IMG/VR virus record: IMGVR_UViG_3300046524_000185
Direction: 5' to 3' (one strand)
DNA: 64,000 bases
Source of the DNA: an uncultured virus (IMG/VR IMGVR_UViG_3300046524_000185)
Taxonomy: Duplodnaviria > Heunggongvirae > Uroviricota > Caudoviricetes
The notes beneath the pieces were generated by a model. It was given only the letters and a program-made list of their open reading frames with translations. It was not told where the DNA came from and did no database searches. The translations under genes and the position numbers were made by a program. Of this stretch, positions 49,033-58,187 are shown in pieces (position 1 is the first letter of the stretch; each line of letters starts with the position of its first letter).

Positions 49033-49368
49033 ATGACCATCGTGACGAACGCCGTCCACGAATTGCTTTCCCGTGCCCAAGACCTGATCCGCGACCCAGA
49101 ACACTGGTTGCAGGACAACTTCGCACAGACCACCCGCGGCCAGATCACCGACCCCACGGACCCCGAAGCCACCTGCTTCTGTAGTCTCGGCGCTCTCTGG
49201 CGCACATCCGAACCCTGCGACACTCGCAGCGAGGCACGCCGCTGGCTCACGATCGCAACCACCGAAGCCGATCCGTACTTCACGAACATCGCCGCATTCA
49301 ACGATCTGAAGACCCACGACCAGGTCATGGCCGTCTGGGATCGAGCAAAGGAGCTCGCACTCGCATGA
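49033..49368 (+). CDS. Small paralog-family protein, copy 1 (DUF6197-like)
   Basis: AQDLIRDP..W.Q, CFCSLGA, FND...H..V...WDRA. Confidence 0.7.
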   Translation: MTIVTNAVHELLSRAQDLIRDPEHWLQDNFAQTTRGQITDPTDPEATCFCSLGALWRTSEPCDTRSEARRWLTIATTEADPYFTNIAAFNDLKTHDQVMAVWDRAKELALA

Positions 49369-49527
49369 GGATCACGATCGAGCAAACCAGCCAGGGTCCA
49401 ATCACACTGGCCCACGACCCCGTGGCGAACGTGCTTTCGAGCTTCCCCGGTGTGCTGAGCCCAGACCAGGTTCAACGTCAACTCAACATCAATCGGGCAC
49501 TCGATGCCCAGCAGAAGAAGGTGATCT

Positions 49528-49854
49528 ATGAGCGCGTACGCTAACCTGACCGCCGCCCAGGAGTTGATCCGCGATCCACAAAACTGGACGAAGAACGCCT
49601 ATGCCCGTTTCGCGAATGGACGCGAGACCGGCAACCTCAACGAGGCCTGCAAGTGGTGCTCGGTTGGAGCCGTGCTGAAGGTCACAGGTCGTCCTGTCGA
49701 AGCCGAGTCCCTGTCTGAGTTCGACTATCTCGGACGGGCCATCAACGACATGAAGGCCGGCGCGGTACCAGAGTTCAACGATAGTCACAACCACGCCGAG
49801 GTGATGTGGATGTTCGACAAGGCCAGGGAGCTCGCCCGTGCAGACGACGTTTGA
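49528..49854 (+). CDS. Small paralog-family protein, copy 2
   Basis: AQELIRDPQNW, WCSVGA, FNDSHNHAEV..FDKA. Confidence 0.7.
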   Translation: MSAYANLTAAQELIRDPQNWTKNAYARFANGRETGNLNEACKWCSVGAVLKVTGRPVEAESLSEFDYLGRAINDMKAGAVPEFNDSHNHAEVMWMFDKARELARADDV

Positions 49855-50152
49855 ACTCCTCCACGCCGCCCAGGATCTGATCCGCGATCCTCGCAACTGG
49901 ATCCAGGGCAGAGCGTCTGTCGACGAACATGGGCACCCCTGCCCCATCACCTCCAAGCGAGCCCGATGCTTCTGCTCGATCGGCGCCCTTCTCCGCGCCG
50001 AGGAGAGCCGCGAGGGCTACAACGAGGCGGCACGGATCCTCGACACCTTGGCCAATGGAAACCTCATGGCCTTCAACGACACCCACACCCACGCCGAAGT
50101 GATGGCGCTCTGGGACCGAGCAAAGGATATCGCCTGTGCAGCAGCTGCCTAG
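49838..50152 (+). CDS. Small paralog-family protein, copy 3
   Basis: AQDLIRDPRNW, CFCSIGA, FNDTHTHAEV..WDRA. Confidence 0.7.
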   Translation: MQTTFELLHAAQDLIRDPRNWIQGRASVDEHGHPCPITSKRARCFCSIGALLRAEESREGYNEAARILDTLANGNLMAFNDTHTHAEVMALWDRAKDIACAAAA

Positions 50153-50450
50153 CGCCCGAGGGGACCGAACCCTCCACTTCAAGAACCTGAACCGATACCA
50201 GACTGACGGCTACGAAGCTCACCTCATGGTCGGCAAGTTCTGGGAAGTCGACGAGAAGCTCTACTGGGAGTTCCTCGAACTGCTCCCTCCAGAATACTGC
50301 GCTGGCGGCTTCCGCATGATCGAGAAGCTCACCGGCTCGATCGCCGCCACCTACTTCAAGATCGGGGACCGCTACTGGTGCGCCTACACCGATCGCGAGG
50401 TGACCGAACCACACCGGATGCTGAACCACATCGCGAGGCTCTACCCATGA
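50136..50450 (+). CDS. DUF1419-like protein
   Basis: Y..FLELLPP...F.M.E.LTGSI...YF; start uncertain. Confidence 0.55.
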   Translation: MQQLPSARGDRTLHFKNLNRYQTDGYEAHLMVGKFWEVDEKLYWEFLELLPPEYCAGGFRMIEKLTGSIAATYFKIGDRYWCAYTDREVTEPHRMLNHIARLYP

Positions 50451-50617
50451 GGCTGACATTGACACCTCGCGAGGTTCGTCTGGTCATTGGCTGCATTCTC
50501 AATGTCCGCGACCAGGACGAAAGCGGTGGATCGAAAGAGCAGCTGGATGAGGCCGAAGAGCTCGACGTCATCCTCACCAAGATCGCAGATCAAACAGGGG
50601 AGACGCAGGCACCATGA
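50447..50617 (+). CDS. Hypothetical protein
   Basis: ATGA-coupled at both ends. Confidence 0.5.
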   Translation: MRLTLTPREVRLVIGCILNVRDQDESGGSKEQLDEAEELDVILTKIADQTGETQAP

Positions 50618-50898
50618 AGCTCACCTTCAACACCAAGCGCCTCTACACCGCAGAGGGCCAGGTCATTACCGCGATCCATGATCCGGAGGCGAACAAGGTT
50701 CACTTCTCGGACTGGAGCCGGATGTGCAACGGCACAATCGACGGACCACTCCTCGGCCGCTTCAACACTCAGCGCGAGTTCGCTGAATTCGTGATGCGGA
50801 AGTACGACCGCAATCAGTATCAGAACACTCGGGAAGCCTACGAGATGCTGATGATGAACCGCCGGCCTGACACCGAACCTGTGGTGATCCAGCTCTAG
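50614..50898 (+). CDS. Hypothetical protein
   Basis: FNT.R.YT.EGQ.I...F.D.SR; coupled ORF. Confidence 0.55.
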   Translation: MKLTFNTKRLYTAEGQVITAIHDPEANKVHFSDWSRMCNGTIDGPLLGRFNTQREFAEFVMRKYDRNQYQNTREAYEMLMMNRRPDTEPVVIQL

Positions 50899-51182
50899 CG
50901 AGGCAGCTGACCCAGGATCCACTTGTTCCCCTCGCGATTGCCACAGCCAATGCACCGCAATCGCGAGGTGAGTGATCCGAGGTAAGCCCCCTGCCCCCAC
51001 TTTTTGGCCAGCTCCCATCTCAAGAGCCACGCCTCACGCTCGCACTTCGGGCAGTAACCGCCCAGTGCATGCCACTCCGGAATATCGTCAAACGTCGTGT
51101 GAACTGGGTCCATCAATGGCCCCAGGTAAAGGATCTCGCCTGCCTTTGGGCGGATCAGATCTACGCCTCGACGATGTTTCAT
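50895..51182 (-). CDS. Small zinc-finger protein, probably SOS-regulated
   Basis: CPKC...LRCIGCGNREGN; LexA box abuts the ATG. Confidence 0.65.
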   Translation of the reverse strand: MKHRRGVDLIRPKAGEILYLGPLMDPVHTTFDDIPEWHALGGYCPKCEREAWLLRWELAKKWGQGAYLGSLTSRLRCIGCGNREGNKWILGQLPR

Positions 51183-51183
51183 C

Positions 51184-51198
51184 GTTCTTATTTCGTTC
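51184..51198. promoter_or_regulatory. Alphaproteobacterial LexA (SOS) box
   Basis: GTTC-TTATTTC-GTTC (GTTC-N7-GTTC) in a 36-bp gap between divergent genes. Confidence 0.7.
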
Positions 51199-51218
51199 AC
51201 GCTAACGGAAGAGTCAAT

Positions 51219-51398
51219 ATGTTCGAACTCTCGGACTTCAAACGCGGAGACCGCATCCGCATCCACCCTGCATCCGATTGGTTCATGCGAGGCGAGACCC
51301 ATGCCCGCGTGACCGTCCGCAAGTACCTCACCGTCAAAGGCGAGCGCAGCGACAAATCATTCAAGCTGCACGTCGACCACGTTCTGGAGATCAAATGA
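51219..51398 (+). CDS. Small SH3/KOW-like hypothetical protein
   Basis: FKRGDRIRIHP; coupled to the next gene. Confidence 0.5.
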   Translation: MFELSDFKRGDRIRIHPASDWFMRGETHARVTVRKYLTVKGERSDKSFKLHVDHVLEIK

Positions 51399-51871
51399 CC
51401 AGCTGGAAACTCGTTCCCCTCGAGCCCACACTCGACATGGCGAAGGCCGCAATCGACTTGGATCCCAAGTCGGATCTGGACGCCAAGTATCGAGCAATGG
51501 TCCAGGCTGCTCCGGGCCCGCCTCCCCTGCAGGGGATGCCGCCGACCCAAGATCGACGGCCTTATGATGAAGAGACCTACCCAGGGTACCTGGATGGCAA
51601 TCGGGATTGGGCAGGATACAACGACGAGGCGGTTACCTGGCTGGCAGACAACCACGCTCAAATCCGAGCCAGCTTCCAGCTGATCGAGCAGATGGCCGGC
51701 GCCCTCAACTTCATCCTCGCGTTCTACGAACCACAGAACTACCTCGACACCAACGCTTGGACACAAGCCGAGGCTGGTGGTCGTCGAGCCCTCAAGGCTG
51801 CGAAGGACGCTGGCTATTTCGGCGGGAACGCTTCTCAGGCCGCTCCTGAATGTACTCCTCACGAACCATGA
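51395..51871 (+). CDS. Hypothetical protein
   Basis: WKLVP.EPT.DM...YRAMV.AAP module common in phage early genes. Confidence 0.55.
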   Translation: MTSWKLVPLEPTLDMAKAAIDLDPKSDLDAKYRAMVQAAPGPPPLQGMPPTQDRRPYDEETYPGYLDGNRDWAGYNDEAVTWLADNHAQIRASFQLIEQMAGALNFILAFYEPQNYLDTNAWTQAEAGGRRALKAAKDAGYFGGNASQAAPECTPHEP

Positions 51872-52115
51872 GCATCTCCGCAGCATTGGCTGCGGCGACG
51901 AACGCGGCTCTAGCCTGCTCTGGATCTCGGACCCCTTCCATAGCCTCCAGACACATCGTCTGTGCCCTTATCCACTCCTTGCCGCGGCAATCATCAGGCC
52001 AGCGGTAGAGCAAGCTGTAGGCCAAATCCTCCAGCGTGGAATGCCGGCGCATACTGATGCCCCGGCGCTTTTCGATGCAAACCAGCACCTCTCGAACGGA
52101 CAGTCTCTCGAACAT
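51792..52115 (-). CDS. DUF982-like protein
   Basis: LL.RWP...G.....A...CL.A..G...PE.ARAAFVAAA; TTGACA at 52163-52158 upstream. Confidence 0.7.
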   Translation of the reverse strand: MFERLSVREVLVCIEKRRGISMRRHSTLEDLAYSLLYRWPDDCRGKEWIRAQTMCLEAMEGVRDPEQARAAFVAAANAAEMLMVREEYIQERPEKRSRRNSQRPSQP

Positions 52116-52271
52116 TAGCCACCTCTGAAACGAATCAGTGGTGACCATGCGAGGCAATGTCAAGAAAAAAGGAAAGCTCATGGATGAGCACCCTGACGAC
52201 CTCCCCTACCCCAATGACCTCGACGAGTTCGACGAGGTCGACATCAACGAAGTTCTCCGGAGCCTGAACTC

Positions 52272-52601
52272 ATGAACACACCTCTCGAAGTCCTCACCAC
52301 CGGCCGCGAACTGCTCGCGGATCCGAAGAACTGGACGCAGCGAACCCTTGCCCGCAACAAGGCAGGCGAATCTGTCGAGCATCCCTGGGATCCAAAGGCC
52401 ACGTGCTTCTGCTCGATCGGCGCGGTTCACAAGGTGCTGGGTCGGTACCAACTCGACCTGAAGTTCGAGGTCAAAAGACTTCTGGACTGTGTCGCAGGCG
52501 GATGGATGGTGAGTTTCAACGATAGGCACACTCACGCCGAAGTTCTCGAGGCTTGGGACAAGGCGATCGAGCTGGCCAAATCCGATGCACGTCACCAGTG
52601 A
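52272..52601 (+). CDS. Small paralog-family protein, copy 4
   Basis: RELLADPKNWTQ, CFCSIGA, FNDRHTHAEV..WDKA. Confidence 0.7.
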   Translation: MNTPLEVLTTGRELLADPKNWTQRTLARNKAGESVEHPWDPKATCFCSIGAVHKVLGRYQLDLKFEVKRLLDCVAGGWMVSFNDRHTHAEVLEAWDKAIELAKSDARHQ

Positions 52602-52908
52602 TGGTTCCGCGTACGGCAAGATAAATCCCGGTCTCCTTGCCGAGACGCACAAGCAGCAGAGCCTCTTCAACACTGAGATGCTCAAGTATCGGGTCCGCGA
52701 CAGCCGACCGCAGATTGCGATCAGCTTCCACACCAAGACCAACATGCCGGCCGTGTTTCTCGCCGCCGGCACGTATCCCGGCCTCGCGAGCGTCGAGGTT
52801 CACTCCGCATCCTTCGTCACCGTCTACGTCCCGTACCGATCGGAAGACGACGTCAAGACCATGCGAACTCACTTCCGTGAGCTCTGGCAGATGACAACCA
52901 CTCTCTAA
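52585..52908 (+). CDS. Hypothetical protein
   Basis: 107-aa ORF within the early gene run. Confidence 0.5.
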   Translation: MHVTSDGSAYGKINPGLLAETHKQQSLFNTEMLKYRVRDSRPQIAISFHTKTNMPAVFLAAGTYPGLASVEVHSASFVTVYVPYRSEDDVKTMRTHFRELWQMTTTL

Positions 52909-52921
52909 AGGCGAAATCATT

Positions 52922-54448
52922 ATGATTGCTTCTCCTGCTGTGAAACCAGCGGGCGGCTTTGTGCTGCCTCCAGATACCGAACGTTGGGACGACCTCGTCT
53001 CCGTGAGCATGCCTCATGGGGAGCTACTGTCCGACGCGGCCTTCGGAATTGAGACCCGATATCGATCGGTCATCATGTTGACCACGGATGGCGAACTGGA
53101 GCTCCAGGGCACGACCTACGTCGGTCTCAAGGAAGTGTCGTCGCTGAACAGCGACTTCTGCCAGAAGATTCACGTGCTCCGTCCGCCAAAGGACGGAGGC
53201 CTGCAGTTCCATGAGGAAGAAGTCGCCACGACGTTCGAGGGGAACCCGTGGCTCCGGCACCACTGGTTCCGCGAGAACTTCCTCCGCTGGGTCGAGCTCC
53301 TGCCACGGCCGAGCGAGACGGTGCCAGGTGCGGTCGCCTACTTCCAGAACCTGGATAAGCGGGCACGCAACATCCGCACCCCAATCAAGCCGGGACGCTT
53401 TCTCAAGAAATTCTTCGGGGACATTCTTTCCGAAACTGAGATCCATGAGCTGGCCCACGAGTGGGGCAACTGGACTGATCTCAAGACGCTGAGGATCACC
53501 CAGGACGCCGACGAGATCGAGCAGATCTACAAGGCTCGCCACTTCGGCTCCTGCATGTGGTTCTCGGACGACAGCTATGACGGCCCGTGCCACCCTGCCC
53601 GTGTCTACGCTGGACCAGACCTGGCCGTCGCTTACATCGGCTCGATCGAGCAGCCCCTCGCCCGTTCCGTTGTATGGCCCGAGAAGAAGTTTCACACCTC
53701 GATCTATGGTGATGAGTCTCGCATGGAAGCGGCGCTCCAGGCTGCTGGCTATCGTGAGCCACTGAGCTCCAGCTGGCGTGGAGCCAGGATCCAAAAGATC
53801 GAGGCGAAGGACGACCGGTTCGTCCTCCCCTACTTCGATTTCTGTGATGGCGTCGACGACTACGGTGATCACTTCCGCATCGGGAGCGACATCTGCCACG
53901 ACGGCACAACCGGTCTCAGCGAGGAAATCGAGCGTAGGCGGTGTGACGACTGCAACGCTCGGATGGATGAGGACGAGGACTACTACATCTCGTACAGCGA
54001 AACGCGGGTCTGCGAGCATTGCTACTCAAGGGGTTACTTCTTCTGCGAAGGTTCGCAAGAGGATTACCCTGACCATCGCTTGGCGAAAACCGAGACAGAC
54101 GAAAACTACTCACTGGATCACGTCGAGTACAACAGCGACTGGTTCAAGTGCGAGGGCACTAACACCTGGCACAAGAAGGCTGAGACCGAATACGTCGTGG
54201 ACATCAACGAGGACCACTATACTACAGAGTACGCCGCAGAGCACGGCTACTTCTGTGAGTATAGCGAAGAATGGTTCGTCAACGAAGACGAAGACCAGCA
54301 AGTAAAACTCGACAATCACACATCGGTAAACATGAAATCCTTCCACAACCGGGAGGACTTCGAGGAATACCTGCGTGACATCGGGGCCTGCGTCAAAACC
54401 CCGCCGGACCCGAACCAACTCGAACTCCCAATTCAGGAAGCCGCATAA
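52922..54448 (+). CDS. Large hypothetical protein with C-terminal Cys-rich acidic repeats
   Basis: SCM, HP.RVY, ARSVVW, IYG, PY.D core; CDDC/CEHC and FCE repeats. Confidence 0.75.
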   Translation: MIASPAVKPAGGFVLPPDTERWDDLVSVSMPHGELLSDAAFGIETRYRSVIMLTTDGELELQGTTYVGLKEVSSLNSDFCQKIHVLRPPKDGGLQFHEEEVATTFEGNPWLRHHWFRENFLRWVELLPRPSETVPGAVAYFQNLDKRARNIRTPIKPGRFLKKFFGDILSETEIHELAHEWGNWTDLKTLRITQDADEIEQIYKARHFGSCMWFSDDSYDGPCHPARVYAGPDLAVAYIGSIEQPLARSVVWPEKKFHTSIYGDESRMEAALQAAGYREPLSSSWRGARIQKIEAKDDRFVLPYFDFCDGVDDYGDHFRIGSDICHDGTTGLSEEIERRRCDDCNARMDEDEDYYISYSETRVCEHCYSRGYFFCEGSQEDYPDHRLAKTETDENYSLDHVEYNSDWFKCEGTNTWHKKAETEYVVDINEDHYTTEYAAEHGYFCEYSEEWFVNEDEDQQVKLDNHTSVNMKSFHNREDFEEYLRDIGACVKTPPDPNQLELPIQEAA

Positions 54449-55335
54449 TGATGGATACCCTCATCGACATGTTCTCGTATCAGCGCCCCTCCGGTGGCGT
54501 GACCGAGAAACTCTTCGTCAACAAGTACCTGAAGGGGTTCAGAAAGGACGCCTATGGCAACATGGTGCGGACGATCGGTGACAAGCCGCGGATCCTGTTC
54601 TCCAGCCACATGGACACGGTCCACCGCTTCGATGGCAGGAACCAGTCGCTAAAGTTCGACGGCCAGTTCCTGACGCAGACCGACGCAAACTGCCTCGGCG
54701 CCGACGACACTGCCGGCGTCTTCCTGATGCTCGAGATGGCCAAGGCTGGGATCGAGGGCGTCTACGTTATCCACTTCGGTGAGGAGATGGGATGCCAGGG
54801 CTCGCGAGCGTTGGCCAAGGACAACCCGGAGTTCTTCGAACACATCGACATTGCGATCGCCTTCGACCGCATGGGTTATGACGACATCATCACCCACCAG
54901 TGCGGCCGGCGGACAGCCTCCGATGCCTTCGCTCTGTCCCTCGCGGCCGAGCTCGGCGGTAGCTACCAGCCCTCCGACGAAGGTGTCTACACGGACACCA
55001 ACGAGTACCCCCACCTGGTCGCGGAATGCACCAACGTGTCGGTCGGCTACTTCCACCAGCACCACAAGGACGAGAAGCAGGACATCCCGTTCCTGCTGGC
55101 GCTCCGCGAAGCTCTGCTCCAGGTGCGGTGGGAGAACCTGGTCGTCGAGCGGGATCCGAAGGAAGAAGTCGACCACCGCTACGCCCCTCGTCGTCAACGC
55201 GAACCGGCTGATCTCAGCATGAACGACCTCGTCTATGAGTACCCCGAGCTCGCAGCTGAACTGCTGCTCGCCATGGGCATGACGGCGGACGACTTCCTCA
55301 TCTCGGTCGAGGAGCAATACGGGGTGGCGGCTTAG
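54448..55335 (+). CDS. Zn-dependent peptidase/amidohydrolase (M28/M20-like)
   Basis: SHMDTV, LGADD.AG, GEE.G..GS, FDR, YTD, N.SVGY..H. Confidence 0.8.
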   Translation: MMDTLIDMFSYQRPSGGVTEKLFVNKYLKGFRKDAYGNMVRTIGDKPRILFSSHMDTVHRFDGRNQSLKFDGQFLTQTDANCLGADDTAGVFLMLEMAKAGIEGVYVIHFGEEMGCQGSRALAKDNPEFFEHIDIAIAFDRMGYDDIITHQCGRRTASDAFALSLAAELGGSYQPSDEGVYTDTNEYPHLVAECTNVSVGYFHQHHKDEKQDIPFLLALREALLQVRWENLVVERDPKEEVDHRYAPRRQREPADLSMNDLVYEYPELAAELLLAMGMTADDFLISVEEQYGVAA

Positions 55336-55379
55336 CCTCCTCCCCTCCCTTTCCACGAAATACTTAGGAGTTACTGTCA

Positions 55380-55778
55380 GTGAATATTCAGAACCTGACA
55401 ATACTTGCGAACCATCTCGACCACGTTCCACAGCCAGCCTTCGCCATGGACTCGTTTGCCCGCGACGAACACGGCGATCGGCTCGACCCCCCGGCTCACG
55501 AGTGTGCGACGGTCGCGTGCGCCGTTGGCCATGGACCAGGAGCAGGCCTGCCTGTCGGTGATGCCCAGTCTTGGGGAGAATATGCGATCGACACCTTTGG
55601 ACTGCTGCCTGGGAGCCCCGAGTTCTCCTGGTGCTTCAGCGGCGGCTGGTACTGGAGAGACGACACACCCGCCGGCGCCGCCAAGCGGATCCGCCATCTT
55701 ATCTACCACGGGCTCCCGGCCGACGCTGACGACCAGCTGGAAGGTCATGCCCCGTACATTTTCGGAGCAGTGCATTGA
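55380..55778 (+). CDS. Hypothetical protein
   Basis: F.M..F, CATVACAVG; AGGAG SD. Confidence 0.6.
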   Translation: MNIQNLTILANHLDHVPQPAFAMDSFARDEHGDRLDPPAHECATVACAVGHGPGAGLPVGDAQSWGEYAIDTFGLLPGSPEFSWCFSGGWYWRDDTPAGAAKRIRHLIYHGLPADADDQLEGHAPYIFGAVH

Positions 55779-55972
55779 AATACATCATCCTGGCCCGCGA
55801 CGGCTGCGATTACTGCGAGATGGCCAAGGCCATGCTCCCCGACGCGATCGTCCTCTCGGATTTCACGGCGCAGCTGATCGTCAAGGAAGGTGGCTTCGGC
55901 ACTTTTCCCCAGATCTTCCACAATGGCAAACACATTGGAGGCTACACTGAGCTCCTCAGCTACCGACCCTAA
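55775..55972 (+). CDS. Glutaredoxin
   Basis: CDYC, TFPQIF, HIGGYTEL. Confidence 0.85.
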   Translation: MKYIILARDGCDYCEMAKAMLPDAIVLSDFTAQLIVKEGGFGTFPQIFHNGKHIGGYTELLSYRP

Positions 55973-56176
55973 GACCTATCGCCTCGGCTCAAATCACGCC
56001 GTCTATGCTCCAGGTATCGTGAACTGGGCAATGAGCGGCTACTGGAACAAGCCCGACCGCAAGACGCTCGAGAAAATCATCTCGGACGGCTGGAAGATCC
56101 CAGTCGAAGCGGCTCGGGCTTTGCTCAGCAAGGCCGTGAAGTACGAGCTCGACGGCGAGACCGTGGTGTTCACGGT

Positions 56177-56392
56177 ATGAACCCAGAAGAGAAACAGTGG
56201 TTCTCTCGGCTGCGTCGAATACTTCGGAACATGCCCACAACGGTCGAGATTCAAGTTCACCAGAATTTCATCCAAATGAATCGCGCGGGTGCCCGCTCAG
56301 AAACTTTCGAGCTGATCGGTCATGTCGACAATGTCGAAAGCCTGGATGAGTTCAGCACGGAAAGGGTCTACCCTTGCAGCGAGAGTATATGA
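56177..56392 (+). CDS. Hypothetical protein
   Basis: ATGA-coupled 71-aa ORF. Confidence 0.5.
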   Translation: MNPEEKQWFSRLRRILRNMPTTVEIQVHQNFIQMNRAGARSETFELIGHVDNVESLDEFSTERVYPCSESI

Positions 56393-56415
56393 CGCATGAG
56401 CGTTAACGCACGTCA
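56390..56415. repeat. 26-bp element TGACGCATnnGCGTTAACGCACGTCA, copy 1 (centromere/operator candidate)
   Basis: 24/26 identical to 58113-58138. Confidence 0.7.
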
Positions 56416-56537
56416 ACGCGGACTGACCGCCGGACATCGCGGTCAGCCCTACTCCTCGAACCCCTACCCTCGCGGAAGTGACAGACACCTGGCTTGGAGC
56501 CAGGGCCATAACGCCGCCAGGGTGACACGCATTATGA

Positions 56538-56555
56538 TGCGTCAACGTTGACGCA
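56538..56555. repeat. Perfect 18-bp palindrome TGCGTCAACGTTGACGCA
   Basis: Built from the same TGACGCA half-site. Confidence 0.7.
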
Positions 56556-56568
56556 GAAAGGAGAGTTA

Positions 56569-56781
56569 GTGAAAATCAAGAGTATCATCGGTCCTGAACC
56601 CGTTCACAAGCCTGAGTACCCGACCGCATGGGTCATCGATTATGACGGCGTCACCGAGATTCGCGAGACGAACGAGAACCTCGGCACTTACGGGATCACG
56701 TGGTACGAGGTTTACGCCGGTGACAAGCTGGTCGCCAAGATGAACGCCCTGCACACGGCCGAGGTTCGGTACGCTACATAA
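56569..56781 (+). CDS. Hypothetical protein
   Basis: AAGGAG SD, GTG start. Confidence 0.55.
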   Translation: MKIKSIIGPEPVHKPEYPTAWVIDYDGVTEIRETNENLGTYGITWYEVYAGDKLVAKMNALHTAEVRYAT

Positions 56782-56807
56782 TGCGTCAGCGTTAATGTTG
56801 ACGCATT
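56780..56807. repeat. Palindrome AATGCGTCA-N10-TGACGCATT upstream of parA
   Basis: Same half-site, in the parA promoter region. Confidence 0.65.
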
Positions 56808-56893
56808 GTGGAGCATTTTGATGCGTGTTAACGAACCATAAAGCCTTCAGCCGCATCATGATGCTCCAACATTAATCAAAATGAGAGGCGACC

Positions 56894-57568
56894 ATGCCGG
56901 TTATTGCCGTTGCAAACCCGAAGGGTGGGGCAGGGAAGTCGACGACGACCCTCGTTCTTGCCACCACACTGGCCGCTCAGGGTGCCAGCACCATCATTCT
57001 CGACTGTGATCCGAACCAACCAATCACCGGCTGGCGTAGCGGATCGTCGAAGAACGCCGTGATCGTCGACGGCGACGTGAACGAGAGCAACATCACTTCG
57101 AAGCTCGACGAGTACCGAAAGAAATTCCAGTTCGTGTTCGTCGACCTTGAAGGTGTCGCCAGCCGTCTGATGTCGCGAGCACTCGCTCGAGCCCAGCTGG
57201 TGGTCATTCCAATTCAAGCCAGCCCGACCGACGCCGAGCTCGCCGCCAAGGCCATCCGCCTGATCCAGGAAGAGGAGCAGGCATTCGAGAAGCGGATCCC
57301 GTACCAGATCCTGTTCACTCGAACCTCTCCGGTGATCGCCACCAAGCTTGAAAAAGCAATTCTGGCGCAGCTGAGGGGAGGGGAGGTGCCTTCCTTCAAC
57401 AATCACTTGAACGAGCGTGCGGCCTACAAGTCCATGTTCTTCCATCAGCTCGATCTCGACGAGCTCGACCCGCAAGAGGTCAACGGCGTGCCCCAGGCCC
57501 GCGAGAACGCCCTGCGTCTCGCTGAGGAGCTGGTCAACACCGTGGTCCAGAAGCAGGAGGCAGCATGA
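56894..57568 (+). CDS. parA: ParA partition ATPase (short, type Ib)
   Basis: [10 protein letters not shown] deviant Walker A, DCDPN, FVDLEG; no N-terminal HTH. Confidence 0.9.
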   Translation: MPVIAVANPKGGAGKSTTTLVLATTLAAQGASTIILDCDPNQPITGWRSGSSKNAVIVDGDVNESNITSKLDEYRKKFQFVFVDLEGVASRLMSRALARAQLVVIPIQASPTDAELAAKAIRLIQEEEQAFEKRIPYQILFTRTSPVIATKLEKAILAQLRGGEVPSFNNHLNERAAYKSMFFHQLDLDELDPQEVNGVPQARENALRLAEELVNTVVQKQEAA

Positions 57569-57852
57569 CTGGCAAGAACCTGGGCTTCAGTGCCCTCGCG
57601 AACATCAAACCCGAGGTCGACGACGCGCCGGCCGTTCCCGATCGCAAGATCGACGAGGTGGCCGAGAAGCATGGTTTCGTCTCCCGCGAGCCGATCCAGA
57701 AGATGAGCCGACGCAAGCCGGCCGAACCTTCGGCCAACCTCAACATCCGACCACCGATCTCGACCTTCAACCGGTTCCTCCAGTTCTGCGAAGAAAACCG
57801 CTACAGCTACCCCGAGGCGCTGAAGGAACTCATGGATAGGGCCAAGATATGA
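57565..57852 (+). CDS. Small partition partner (ParG/RHH-like centromere-binding candidate)
   Basis: ATGA-coupled to parA; flexible N-terminus then ANLNIR strand and two helices. Confidence 0.7.
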   Translation: MTGKNLGFSALANIKPEVDDAPAVPDRKIDEVAEKHGFVSREPIQKMSRRKPAEPSANLNIRPPISTFNRFLQFCEENRYSYPEALKELMDRAKI

Positions 57853-58115
57853 AGTCACCAACCGGCCGGATCAATAGACCCTGGTACCCGACCGTCCAGG
57901 GGCACGTCGCATCTATAGTGGGTATGGACTTCGCCCACCTCGAGTTGCAGGCTATGTCCCATGAGCTCGACGAGTATCAAACCTGGGCCAGGACAAAAGG
58001 TGTCGACTACGAACGCTCGAAACAGATCCTCGAAGAGGAGATCCTCAATGCGGCGAAATCCCGTGAGTCAGCGTTCGAGCTCGCTCGACGACGGATTTTG
58101 AAATCCCAAACTTGA
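57849..58115 (+). CDS. Hypothetical protein
   Basis: ATGA-coupled 88-aa ORF. Confidence 0.4.
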   Translation: MKSPTGRINRPWYPTVQGHVASIVGMDFAHLELQAMSHELDEYQTWARTKGVDYERSKQILEEEILNAAKSRESAFELARRRILKSQT

Positions 58116-58138
58116 CGCATCTGCGTTAACGCACGTCA
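58113..58138. repeat. 26-bp element, copy 2
   Basis: TGACGCATCTGCGTTAACGCACGTCA. Confidence 0.7.
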
Positions 58139-58145
58139 TTCAACG

Positions 58146-58177
58146 AAGCCCTGGCCCCCGCCGGGGCTTTTTCTTTT
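58146..58177 (+). terminator. Intrinsic terminator
   Basis: AAGCCCTGG...CCGGGGCTTTTTCTTTT. Confidence 0.7.
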
Positions 58178-58187
58178 GGAGAGAGAA

